A DNA stretch of 64,000 nt from Macrostomum hystrix. Taxonomy: Eukaryota; Animalia; Platyhelminthes. Where the stretch lies: the NCBI GenBank assembly GCA_950097015.1, contig CATNEN010000001.1, forward strand, positions 21,328,001-21,392,000. Reading direction: 5' to 3'. A model generated the notes under the pieces. That model was not told where the DNA came from and searched no databases. It saw nothing but the letters and a program-made list of their open reading frames with translations. The position numbers and the translations under genes are program-made. Numbering within the stretch: position 1 is the first letter of the stretch; every line of letters starts with the position of its first letter. Below, in pieces: positions 10,992-23,019 of the stretch.

Positions 10992-11460
10992 GAAACTATT
11001 CCTGATTGATCAGATTATAAACCCTACCGGATGGGCTATATCCTAAAGCCTTCCTGATTGGGCAGATTCTAAAACTTTCCTGATTGGTCAGATTCTAAAA
11101 CTTTCCTGATTGGTCAGATTCTAAAACTTTCCTGATTGGGCAGATTCTAAAACTTTCCTGATTGGGCAAGATTACAAAACTTTCCTGATTGGTCAGATTC
11201 TAAAACTTTCCTGATTGGTCAGATTCTTAAACTTTCCTGATTGGGCAGATTCTAAAACTTTCCTGATTGGGCAAGATTACAAAACTTTCCTGATTGGTCA
11301 GATTCTAAAACTTTCCTGATTGGTCAGATTCTTAAACTTTCCTGATTGGTCAGATTCTAAAACTTTCCTGATTGGTCAGATTCTAAAACTTTCCTGATTG
11401 GGCAGATTCTAAAACCTTCCTGATTGGGCAAAATTACAAAACTTACCAGATTGGTCAGTT
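10992..11460. repeat. 26-nt minisatellite containing CCAAT boxes
   Basis: Unit ttcctgattggtcagattctaaaact. Confidence 0.9.
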
Positions 11461-12471
11461 TCCCTCTCTCATATCATACGAGATTAGCGTCGCAATTAGG
11501 GAACTCTATTTAAAACTACGACAATAAAAGTTGGCGTCGTTAAGTTTGTATAATAAAATAATAAAGAGTAGCTAATGTATAAAAACGATTGCACAATAAT
11601 ATCCGACTGGGATTAAAAATCAACGGACATTTTTGTTAACAGTAAAACTTTCGTTATAATTTTTACGCTACAGACAAAAAAATTAAAAAGGAATTATGCT
11701 GTGCTTTACCTTTGGGAATTTTTGTTTAAGTAGAATCCTAAAGTTTCCGTTCAAAGAGCAAAAAATCACGACTTAGTAACACTCACTATAGGAAATGAAA
11801 AAACACTTAAAATCCTGTTAGCACATCTGCTTTTCAATAGATTAGGAATAGCACACATAGATAGAATATAACAACTAGAGACTTGGGGTCAATACAGAAC
11901 ACTGACTAGAACACACTGACAGAAAAAAACAATTCTGCAACTGTCGTTGTCAAGGAAAAATATTAAGATTCGTTGCTCTACGGCTGTAAAGATAAACTGT
12001 TTTTGAAAAGAACAGAAATCCATAAATCACAATACTGCGCTAACACTAGCGACAATAACTGACACAACACACATTTGTCTAAGCAAATGAGAATAGGTGT
12101 ACAGATAACATAATCATTACCAATACATGCATTTGCGCAGCGTACAGTCGCACCTACACCTAATCTACTGCTACTACACCTAATGAGAATGAATCGCTTT
12201 TTTATTGCTAGCCGTTAATGCTGACTAGACAGAATAATAATAAATTGCGTCTCTTGATAAAACACGGACAAATTTTTAGACGACAGTTTTCTTATGTTCA
12301 GGAGAGAAAAACTCTCATTGCACTACTCGTCAGTTTTCAGCAAACAGTAGTCAGTTGGAGACACCCGAGCAGAAAGAAAGAGGGTCCTGCTGCTTAAGTA
12401 TTGATTTCCCGTCAATTCGATTTAACAACTCGGGCGGGCGCCAAAACCTCCAATCAGATCTCTTTGTAGAT

Positions 12472-12593
12472 TCACTTCGGCCCAGGTGGCGGAGAAGGAT
12501 GTAAGCTGCTTCCACCGCTGCCGCCGCCGCTGCTGCTGCCGCCGCCTCCACTGCTGCTGCTGCCGCCGCCGCCACCACCCCCAGCAACAGACA
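12472..12593 (-). CDS. Synaptobrevin alternative terminal exon encoding a Gly/Ser-rich lumenal tail
   Basis: Acceptor tttcctttcacatcactcag, phase 1 compatible with the TM exon. Reads VSVAGGGGGGGSSSSGGGGSSSGGGSGGSSLHPSPPPGPK*; AATAAA at 12201-12206 on the minus strand. Confidence 0.75.
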
Positions 12594-12709
12594 CTGAGTG
12601 ATGTGAAAGGAAAATAATGCTATTGAAGGACATTTCTTTCTTATTAAAGAGGGTCTAAAATCTAGTTTACGTAAAAATATTTTTTTAAAATACTGGACAA
12701 TTTTTATTG

Positions 12710-13175
12710 AATCTAGATTCTAAAAATGGCATCTAGATTCGAGAAACGGCATCTAGATTTGAGAAATGGCATCTAGATTCTAGAAATTGCATCTAGAGAT
12801 GCGAGAAATGGCATCTAGAGTCGAGAAATGGCATCTAGAGTCGAGAAATGGCATCTAGAGATTCGAGAAATGGCATCCAAAGATTCGAGAAATGGCATCT
12901 AAAGATTCGAGAAATGGCATCTAAAGATTCGAGAAATGGCATCTAGAGATGCGAGAAATGGCATCTGGATTCAAGAAATGGCATCTAGAGTCGAGGAATG
13001 GCATCTAGAGTCGAGAAATGGCATCTAGATTCTAGAAATGGCATCTAGATTCTAGAAATGGCATCTAGAGATGCGAGAAATGGCATCTAGAGATGCGAGA
13101 AATGGCATCTAGATTCTAGAAATGGCATCCAGATTCTAGAAATGGCATCTAGATTCTAGAAATGGCATCTAGATA
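12710..13175. repeat. 20-21 nt minisatellite
   Basis: Unit gagaaatggcatctagattc and variants. Confidence 0.9.
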
Positions 13176-13749
13176 CTTCTATTCGGGATAGAGATCTACA
13201 TGTCCATGGGTAGCCAAGTCAAAGAGACGAAGAAGTGAAAAGGCACAACGGAGATAGCGGAAACGAAGCGGCGCTAGGAAATTCCTACTAGCAGTTTTCC
13301 AAAAACTGTACCAGCAAGTACATACAACAACAAGTATGGGTGCAGTAACAGTTGCACGAGTTACCGGGTGCTAAAAAAATTCGGATTAAAGTAAATTTTC
13401 GTCTATACAAACTACCAAGCGAGGATCGATGATCGATTTATTTAGTCCAGCTATGTTTGTTAAATTGCCAAAAACTAGTTTAATAAGTGCAAACTTTCAT
13501 TATGTGCCTGTAGGACAATTCACACAATTCTGGGACAATTTAGCGCTCACAAACAAATACGAGCTATAAAAAGTAAAAAAATAACCTAAAAGATTAAAAA
13601 CTGATTGTGTTTTGGTTAAAAATGAGTACAGCTGTGTCACAAGCAACACAAATCAGCGACTAGGCGGCGAGAAAAGTCTGTGGACCTGACAAGAACACAG
13701 GATGACTAAACTGCTCAAGCTGCCTGCTCAAGTCATGCTCCACTCCGAT

Positions 13750-15857
13750 GTGAGAGATGGGTGACTCAACAATGGAACTGAGAGATAGGTGACTCAACAT
13801 TGGAACTGAGAGATGGGTGACTCAACAATGGGATTGCGAGATGAGTGACTCAACCATGGGATTGAGAGATGGGTGACTCAACAATGGAACTGAGAGATGG
13901 GTGACTCAACAATGGGATTGCGAGATGAGTGACTCAACCATGGGATTGAGAGATGGGTGACTCAACAATGGAATTGAGAGATGGGTGACTCAACAATGGG
14001 ATTGAGAGATAGATGACTCAACCATGGGATTGAGAGATGGGTGAATCAACAATGGGATTGAGAGATGGGTGACTCAACAATGGAACTGAGAGATGGGTGA
14101 CTCAACAATGGGATTGCGAGATGAGTGACTCAACCATGGGATTGAGAGATGGGTGACTCAACAATGGAATTGAGAGATGGGTGACTCAACAATGGGATTG
14201 AGAGATAGATGACTCAACCATGGGATTGAGAGATGGGTGAATCAACAATGGGATTGAGAGATGGGTGACTCAACAATGGGATTGAGAGATGGGTGACTCA
14301 ACAATAGGATTGCGAGATGAGTGACTCAACAATGGGATTGAGAGATAGGTGAATCAACAATGGGATTGAGAGATGGGTGACTCAACATTGGGATTGAGAG
14401 ATGAGTGACTCAACCATGGAATTGAGAGATGGGTGACTCAACAATGGAATTGAGAGATGGGTGAATCAACAATGGGATTGAGAGATGGGTGACTCAACAT
14501 TGGAATTGAGAGATGGGTGACTCAACAATGGAATTGAGAGATGGGTGAATCAACAATGGAGTTGAGAGATGAGTGACTCAACAATGGAACTGAGAGATGG
14601 GTGACTCAACCATGGGATTGAGAGATGGGTGACTCAACAATGGAATTGAGAGATGGGTGACTCAACAATGGGATTGAGAGATAGATGACTCAACCATGGG
14701 ATTGAGAGATGGGTGAATCAACAATGGGATTGAGAGATGGGTGACTCAACAATGGAACTGAGAGATGGGTGACTCAACAATGGGATTGCGAGATGAGTGA
14801 CTCAACCATGGGATTGAGAGATGGGTGACTCAACAATGGAATTGAGAGATGGGTGACTCAACAATGGGATTGAGAGATAGATGACTCAACCATGGGATTG
14901 AGAGATGGGTGAATCAACAATGGGATTGAGAGATGGGTGACTCAACAATGGGATTGAGAGATGGGTGACTCAACAATAGGATTGCGAGATGAGTGACTCA
15001 ACAATGGGATTGAGAGATAGGTGAATCAACAATGGGATTGAGAGATGGGTGACTCAACATTGGGATTGAGAGATGAGTGACTCAACCATGGAATTGAGAG
15101 ATGGGTGACTCAACAATGGAATTGAGAGATGGGTGAATCAACAATGGGATTGAGAGATGGGTGACTCAACATTGGAATTGAGAGATGGGTGACTCAACAA
15201 TGGAATTGAGAGATGGGTGAATCAACAATGGAGTTGAGAGATGAGTGACTCAACCATGGAATTGAGAGATGGGTGACTCAACAATGGAATTGAGAGATGG
15301 GTGAATCAACAATGGGATTGAGAGATGGGTGACTCAACATTGGAATTGAGAGATGGGTGACTCAACAATGGAATTGAGAGATGGGTGACTCAACAATGGA
15401 ATTGAGAGATGGGTGAATCAACAATGGGATTGAGAGATGGGTGACTCAACATTGGGATTGAGAGATGGGTGACTCAACAATGGGATTGAGAGATGGGTGA
15501 ATCAACAATGGAATTGAGAGATGGGTGACTCAACAATGGGATTGAGAGATGGGTGACTCAACAATGGAATTGAGAGATGGGTGAATCAACAATGGGATTG
15601 AGAGATGGGTGACTCAACAATGGGATTGAGAGATGGGTGAATCAACAATGGAATTGAGAGATGGGTGACTCAACAATGGGATTGAGAGATGGGTGACTCA
15701 ACAATGGGATTGAGAGATGGGTGACTCAACAATGGGATTGAGAGATGGGTGACTCAACAATGGAATTGAGAGATGGGTGAATCAACAATGGGATTGAGAG
15801 ATGGGTGACTCAACAATGGGATTGAGAGATGGGTGAATCAACAATGGGATTGAGAGT
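13750..15857. repeat. 28-nt minisatellite with higher-order duplication
   Basis: Unit gagatgggtgactcaacaatgggattga. Confidence 0.95.
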
Positions 15858-16230
15858 TGATCACATTGCACTGGACTGGGTGGTGACAAGCACAATTTGT
15901 TGATCACAATACTATCGATATTGACAGGCCTCAAAAGCATGGGGATATGCAGCAAAAGCAGGCCAATCAAATGCGCAAGACGAGACAGGGAAGATAAGAA
16001 CAAAAGAAACCAATAGAGCTATCCGAACAAAGAAAAACAGATCTTACAGAACATAAAAATATGTCTTACTCTTTTGTTTGTGTAGCTAGTCCAATTGATG
16101 CAGGTGAAATTAATTATTCCCATGGTTCACTATTAGTAACCAAATTACAGGCACGATTATCCCATAAATGAGTCCCCTCTTTCTTTCTGTCTCCAGGTGG
16201 ACCGTCTGACTTCTTTGCTCAATTTTAACT

Positions 16231-19200
16231 TTAAGTGGAGACAGACACTGAAAATGGGAGAGAAGAAGGAGAAGGAACTGAATGGAGCACAGTTCGCAAG
16301 ATAAAGGTTAACAGCAAACACTTGGGAATCTGTGCTCTATTCTATTCAGAGTGAAATTCAACCTCAAAAAATATTTTAACAATACTCAACTCCAACCTAT
16401 TTTACGAGATAAAAACATGCACATAACGCTATTAATTATGTTACATCTATCCACGACCCCTGATCTGTTACCCCAACCCCTGATCTGTGACCCCAACCCC
16501 TGATCTGTGACCCCCAAACCCTGATCTGTTACCCCAACCCCTGATCTGTTACCCCAACCCCTGATCTGTGACCCCCAAACCCTGATCTGTTACCCCAACC
16601 CCTGATCTGTTACCCCAAACCCTGATCTGTTACCCCAACCCCTGATCTGTTACCCCAACCCCTGATCTGTTACCCCAACCCCTGATCTGTGACCCCCAAA
16701 CCCTGATCTGTTACCCCAACCCCTGATCTGTTACCCCAACCCCTGATCTGTTACCCCAACCCCTGATCTGTTACCCCAACCCCTGATCTGTTACCCCAAC
16801 CCCTGATCTGTTACCCCAACCCCTGATCTGTTACCCCAACCCCTGATCTGTTACCCCAACCCCTGATCTGTGACCCCAACCCCTGATCTGTTACCCCAAC
16901 CCCTGATCTGTGACCCCAACCCCTGATCTGTTACCCCAACCCCTGATCTGTTACCCCAACCCCTGATCTGTTACCCCCAACCCCTGATCTGTTACCCCCA
17001 AACCCTGATCTGTTACCCCCAAACCCTGATCTGTGACCCCCAAACCCTGATCTGTTACCCCAAACCCTGATCTGTTACCCCCAACCCCTGATCTGTGACC
17101 CCCAAACCCTGATCTGTGACCCCCAACCCCTGATCTGTGACCCCCAAACCCTGATCTGTTACCCCAACCCCTGATCTGTTACCCCAACCCCTGATCTGTT
17201 ACCCCAACCCCTGATCTGTTACCCCCAAACCCTGATCTGTTACCCCCAAACCCTGATCTGTGACCCCCAAACCCTGATCTGTTACCCCAACCCCTGATCT
17301 GTTACCCCCAACCCCTGATCTGTGACCCCCAACCCCTGATCTGTTACCCCAAACCCTGATCTGTGACCCCAAACCCTGATCTGTGACCCCCAAACCCTGA
17401 TCTGTTACCCCAACCCCTGATCTGTTACCCCCAACCCCTGATCTGTGACCCCCAAACCCTGATCTGTTACCCCAACCCCTGATCTGTGATCCCCAAACCC
17501 TGATCTGTTACCCCAACCCCTGATCTGTGACCCCCAAACCCTGATCTGTTACCCCAACCCCTGATCTGTGACCCCCAAACCCTGATCTGTTACCCCAACC
17601 CCTGATCTGTTACCCCAACCCCTGATCTGTTACCCCAACCCCTGATCTGTTACCCCAACCCCTGATCTGTTACCCCAACCCCTGATCTGTTACCCCAACC
17701 CCTGATCTGTTACCCCAACCTCTGATCTGTTACCCCAACCCCTGATCTGTTACCCCAACCCCTGATCTGTTACCCCAACCCCTGATCTGTTACCCCAACC
17801 CCTGATCTGTTACCCCAACCCCTGATCTGTTACCCCCAAACCCTGATCTGTTACCCCCAAACCCTGATCTGTTACCCCCAAACCCTGATCTGTGACCCCC
17901 AAACCCTGATCTGTTACCCCAACCCCTGATCTGTTACCCCCAACCCCTGATCTGTGACCCCCAAACCCTGATCTGTTACCCCAACCCCTGATCTGTGACC
18001 CCCAAACCCTGATCTGTTACCCCAACCCCTGATCTGTTACCCCAACCCCTGATCTGTTACCCCAACCCCTGATCTGTTACCCCCAAACCCTGATCTGTTA
18101 CCCCCAAACCCTGATCTGTGACCCCCAAACCCTGATCTGTTACCCCAACCCCTGATCTGTTACCCCCAACCCCTGATCTGTGACCCCCAAACCCTGATCT
18201 GTTACCCCAACCCCTGATCTGTGACCCCCAAACCCTGATCTGTTACCCCAACCCCTGATCTGTTACCCCCAACCCCTGATCTGTGACCCCCAAACCCTGA
18301 TCTGTTACCCCAACCCCTGATCTGTGATCCCCAAACCCTGATCTGTTACCCCAACCCCTGATCTGTGACCCCCAAACCCTGATCTGTTACCCCAACCCCT
18401 GATCTGTGACCCCCAAACCCTGATCTGTTACCCCAAACCCTGATCTGTTACCCCCAAACCCTGGTCTGTTACCCCAACCCCTGATCTGTTACCCCCAAAC
18501 CCTGGTCTGTTACCCCAACCCCTGATCTGTTACCCCAACCCCTGATCTGTGACCCCCAAACCCTGATCTGTTACCCCAACCCCTGATCTGTTACCCCCAA
18601 CCCCTGATCTGTGACCCCCAAACCCTGATCTGTTACCCCAACCCCTGATCTGTGACCCCCAAACCCTGATCTGTTACCCCAACCCCTGATCTGTTACCCC
18701 CAACCCCTGATCTGTGACCCCCAAACCCTGATCTGTTACCCCAACCCCTGATCTGTGATCCCCAAACCCTGATCTGTTACCCCAACCCCTGATCTGTGAC
18801 CCCCAACCCCTGATCTGTTACCCCAACCCCTGATCTGTGACCCCCAACCCCTGATCTGTGACCCCCAAACCCTGATCTGTTACCCCCAAACCCTGATCTG
18901 TTACCCCAACCCCTGATCTGTGATCCCCAAACCCTGGTCTGTTACCCCAACCCCTGATCTGTTACCCCCAAACCCTGATCTGTGACCCCCAAACCCTGAT
19001 CTGTGACCCCCAAACCCTGATCTGTTACCCCAACCCCTGATCTGTGACCCCCAAACCCTGATCTGTTACCCCAAACCCTGATCTGTTACCCCCAAACCCT
19101 GGTCTGTTACCCCAACCCCTGATCTGTTACCCCCAAACCCTGGTCTGTTACCCCAACCCCTGATCTGTTACCCCAACCCCTGATCTGTTACCCCCAAACC

Positions 19201-22200
19201 CTGGTCTGTCACCACAACCCCTGATCTGTCACCACCAAACCCATATGTCACCACCAAACCCTTATCTGTCACCACGAAACCCTTATCTGTGATCACAACC
19301 TCTGATCTGTTACCCCAACCCCTAATCTGTTACCGCCAACCAATTATCCGTTACCCCCAACTGTAACCCCAAAGTCATCACATGTTATCCCAACGCCAAA
19401 TAATCCGCAACCTCATATCCTAACCCATAATCTACTAGCTGCATTTCCAACCATAATCCGACGCATGTTATGCCCATCCCCTAATCCAGCGCTGAGTATG
19501 GTTAATGTATGATCTATAAAGAAATGAATAACTGCCTATTTATTTACTTCATCTAATCAATTTATTGGTTTACAATAATTCAGATAGAGGATTTAAAAAA
19601 CGAAATCAATAAAACGGACATGAGATTCTAAGCGCATAGGATGTGGGGAGGAACCGCGAGTGCTGTGAAAAAAACTGATGGCCAAAATTTAATTAAGCTA
19701 TCATTTGCTTTTGCAAATATGTTTCATCAATACTAAAATCATGACAAAAATCATGTCTATTTTACTGGCATGCATGATACATGACAGCCAGTTGAATATC
19801 AACTCACCGATGATAATGATGATGATGATCAAAGCCAGAACACCAAGGGCGATCATCATCTGAAATTGTCAAACATTTGGGGAATATTGTAATGCATCAA
19901 AGAATCTATTGTGCGGCTGTGTGAACAAGACGAAAGATAATTAGCTAGGAAATTAACCTGACATGCAAAAGTGCAACCTATTCTTTAGTCTGGTTTTCTA
20001 ATCAATTCCTCGACTGTTTACTCTTTAGTCTGAATTTTCTCACCGATTTTTATAACAAAACTATTAGTGCATCACTTAAGAATCAACCAAAAAGCGCTCG
20101 TATATCAACTGCAAGCATAATGAAAACTGAACTCAGTCTAAAACGAATGCGTTTACAGTTGATGAAAGTAAGAATTCTTCATAAAACTCCATAAATAACT
20201 ATTTATATAGTTTCTCTGTAGTAAAAATCTATTAGGAAGTATAAAATATGGAGGCATGTGTTAGGTGATGCAGGAAGCTTAATCATTTAATGAGGTGGAT
20301 GCTGAATCATTTGATGAGGTGGATGCTGAATCATTTGATGAGGTGGATGCTGAATCATTTAATGAGGTGGATGCTGAAGTAGTTGATGAGGTGGATGCTG
20401 AAGTAGTTGATGAGGTGGATGCTGAATCATTTAATGAGGTGGATGCTGAATCATTTGATGAGGTGGATGCTGAATCATTTGATGAGGTGGATGCTGAATC
20501 ATTTAATGAGGTGGATGCTGAAGTAGTTGATGAGGTGGATGCTGAAGTAGTTGATGAGGTGGATGCTGAATCATTTAATGAGGTGGATGCTGAATCATTT
20601 GATGAGGTGGATGCTGAATCATTTGATGAGGTGGATGCTGAATCATTTAATGAGGTGGATGCTGAAGTAGTTGATGAGGTGGATGCTGAAGTAGTTGATG
20701 AGGTGGATGCTGAAGTAGTTGATGAGGTGGATGCTGAAGTAGTTGATGAGGTGGATGCTGAAGTAGTATTATTGAACGTGACTTTACCAAAATAAACAAA
20801 TTAACAGTTTGCAAGGAAAACAAAAGAATTAATGTAAGAAAATGAACAGTAAAAATGATTTTTGTAGGCTCCTACTCAGTCTAGCATCCATCTAGTAGTA
20901 ACTATGGAGCTTAAAATGCAGTCACTGCAGAGTTGAGGTGAAGCAGGGCCTAGCTAGGGGCAGGCAAGCCAGCCAGCTGGAATTCGCATCGAATAATATT
21001 GCAGCAGATTTGTTCCCAAAAATGGCAGATTGAAAAATAATTTAAATTTAAATTTGTTTTCCAGATCGGTGGAGAGCGTAGGCGACAACAGGAAACAAGG
21101 ATTAGGGGGGCAGGAGGGGGATAAGCACAGACGGTAAGAACATCGCTTAATTAAGATCGCTAAAAATACAGACAACATTCGGAAAAACAAGCAGGCATTG
21201 CTCAGCTCACCTTCATGTTCTTCCACCAGTATTTGTTCTTTAGCTTGCCGGCGCTGGCTTCAAACTGCGAAGCTCCGGCCTGCAGGGCGTCTAGAATAGG
21301 CGAGGATATTGTGAATTGGGGACAATACATGATTGCTGTTTGTTGGACACAATTTCATGACCTAGAGTACAATGCTCCACTCACCGGCACGATCGTCCAG
21401 GTTAGAGATTTTGGCGTCTCGATCAAGCACCTTCTCAACGTTGACCCGCATGATGTCAACGACCTGAGTGATGATGGCGGACAGGTTTGTGCCATAGACG
21501 TTTCTGTACGTGTCTGACCGCGTCGTTCAATTACCTGGCACACACTTCGCCTTTTTATTGGGTCAAACCTAGATACATTGGGACAAACTAAACCTACATT
21601 GGGTCAAGCCAAACCTACATTGGGTCAAACCAAACCTACATTGGGTCAAACCTAGCTACATTGGGTCAAGCCAAACCTACATTGGGTCAAACCTAGCTAC
21701 ATTGGGTCAAGCCAAACCTACATTGGGTCAAGCCAAACCTACATTGGGTCAAACCTAGCTACATTGGGTCAAGCCAAACCTACATTGGGTCAAACCTAGC
21801 TACATTGGGTCAAGCCAAACCTACATTGGGTCAAACCAAACCTACATTGGGTCAAACCTAGCTACATTGGGTCAAACCATACCTACATTGGGTCAAACCA
21901 AACCTACATTGGGACAAACTAAACCTACATTGGGTCAAACCAAACCTACATTGGGTCAAACCAAACCTACATTGGGTCAAACTAAACCTACATTGGGTCA
22001 AACCAAACCTACATTGGGTCAAACCAAACCTACATTGGGTCAAACCTAGCTACATTGGGACAAACTAAACCTACATTGGGTCAAGCCAAACCCACATTGG
22101 GTCAAACCAAACCTACATTGGGTCAAACCTAGCTACATTGGGTCAAACCATACCTACATTGGGTCAAACCAAACCTACATTGGGTCAAACTAAACCTACA

Positions 22201-23019
22201 TTGGGTCAAACCAAACCTACATTGGGTCAAACCAAACCTACATTGGGTCAAACTAAACCTACATTGGGTCAAACCAAACCTACATTGGGTCAAACCAAAC
22301 CTACATTGGGTCAAACCTAGCTACATTGGGTCAAACCAAACCTACATTGGGTCTAACCAAACCTACATTGGGTCAAACCTAGCTATATTGGGTCAAACTA
22401 AACCTACATTGGGTCAAGCTAAACCTACATTGGGTCAAGTTAAACCTACATTGGGTCAAGCCAAACCCACATTGGGTCAAAACAAACCTACATTGGGTCA
22501 AAGCTAGTTATATTGGGTCAAGATAAACCTACATTGGGTTAATTTAAACCCCCATTGGTTTAAATTAAACCTACATTGGGTTAATTTAAACCTACATTGG
22601 GTTAATTTAAACCTACATTGGGTTAATTTAAACCTACATTGGGTTAATTTAAACCTACATTGGGTTACTTTAAACCTACATTGGGTTAATTTTAACCAAC
22701 ATTGGGTAAATTAAAACCTTTGTTGGGTCAAGCCAAGTGGGCAAAATCAAAACCTGTATTAAATAAACAAGTCCTTGGAGTATCAAGTATTGCTGAATCC
22801 TAACCTACCTCATCGACCTGTGCCTGAGTCTGCTGCAAGCGCCTATTCGGCTGATAGCTTGGCTTGGTTGCATTGGGATCACCTGGAGCAGATCTGGAAG
22901 CAAAAATAAAAAAAATAACTATTATACTTAGCACTGCATAAATTATACCAAAGAAAGTAATAATAAACTCACGGAGGACCACCTGGACCTTCACCACCTG
23001 ACTGATTTGGAGCTGACAT
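16231..23019 (-). CDS. VAMP: Synaptobrevin/VAMP (R-SNARE, VAMP1/2/3-like); exons 23019-22973, 22893-22809, 21463-21385, 21290-21211, 19859-19808, 16247-16231
   Basis: All introns are GT-AG with consistent phases. Product [119 protein letters not shown]. Confidence 0.96.
16455..19350. repeat. 20/21-nt minisatellite in a VAMP intron
   Basis: Unit ccctgatctgttaccccaac, degenerating at the right end. Confidence 0.95.
20275..20767. repeat. 24-nt minisatellite in a VAMP intron, with a 6-unit higher-order pattern
   Basis: Units gatgaggtggatgctgaatcattt and gatgaggtggatgctgaagtagtt. Confidence 0.95.
21557..22740. repeat. 21-nt minisatellite in a VAMP intron
   Basis: Unit acattgggtcaaaccaaacct, grading to acattgggttaatttaaacct. 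Confidence 0.95.

Noticed and set aside
13750-19350. Long regular repeats as a possible CRISPR array
   Set aside because: Units are directly tandem with no unique spacers, there are no cas genes, and the context is eukaryotic.
20295-20795. 166-aa ORF with repeated DEVD (caspase-3 site-like) motifs
   Set aside because: Translation of a 24-nt minisatellite antisense within a VAMP intron; GTG start and no splice context.
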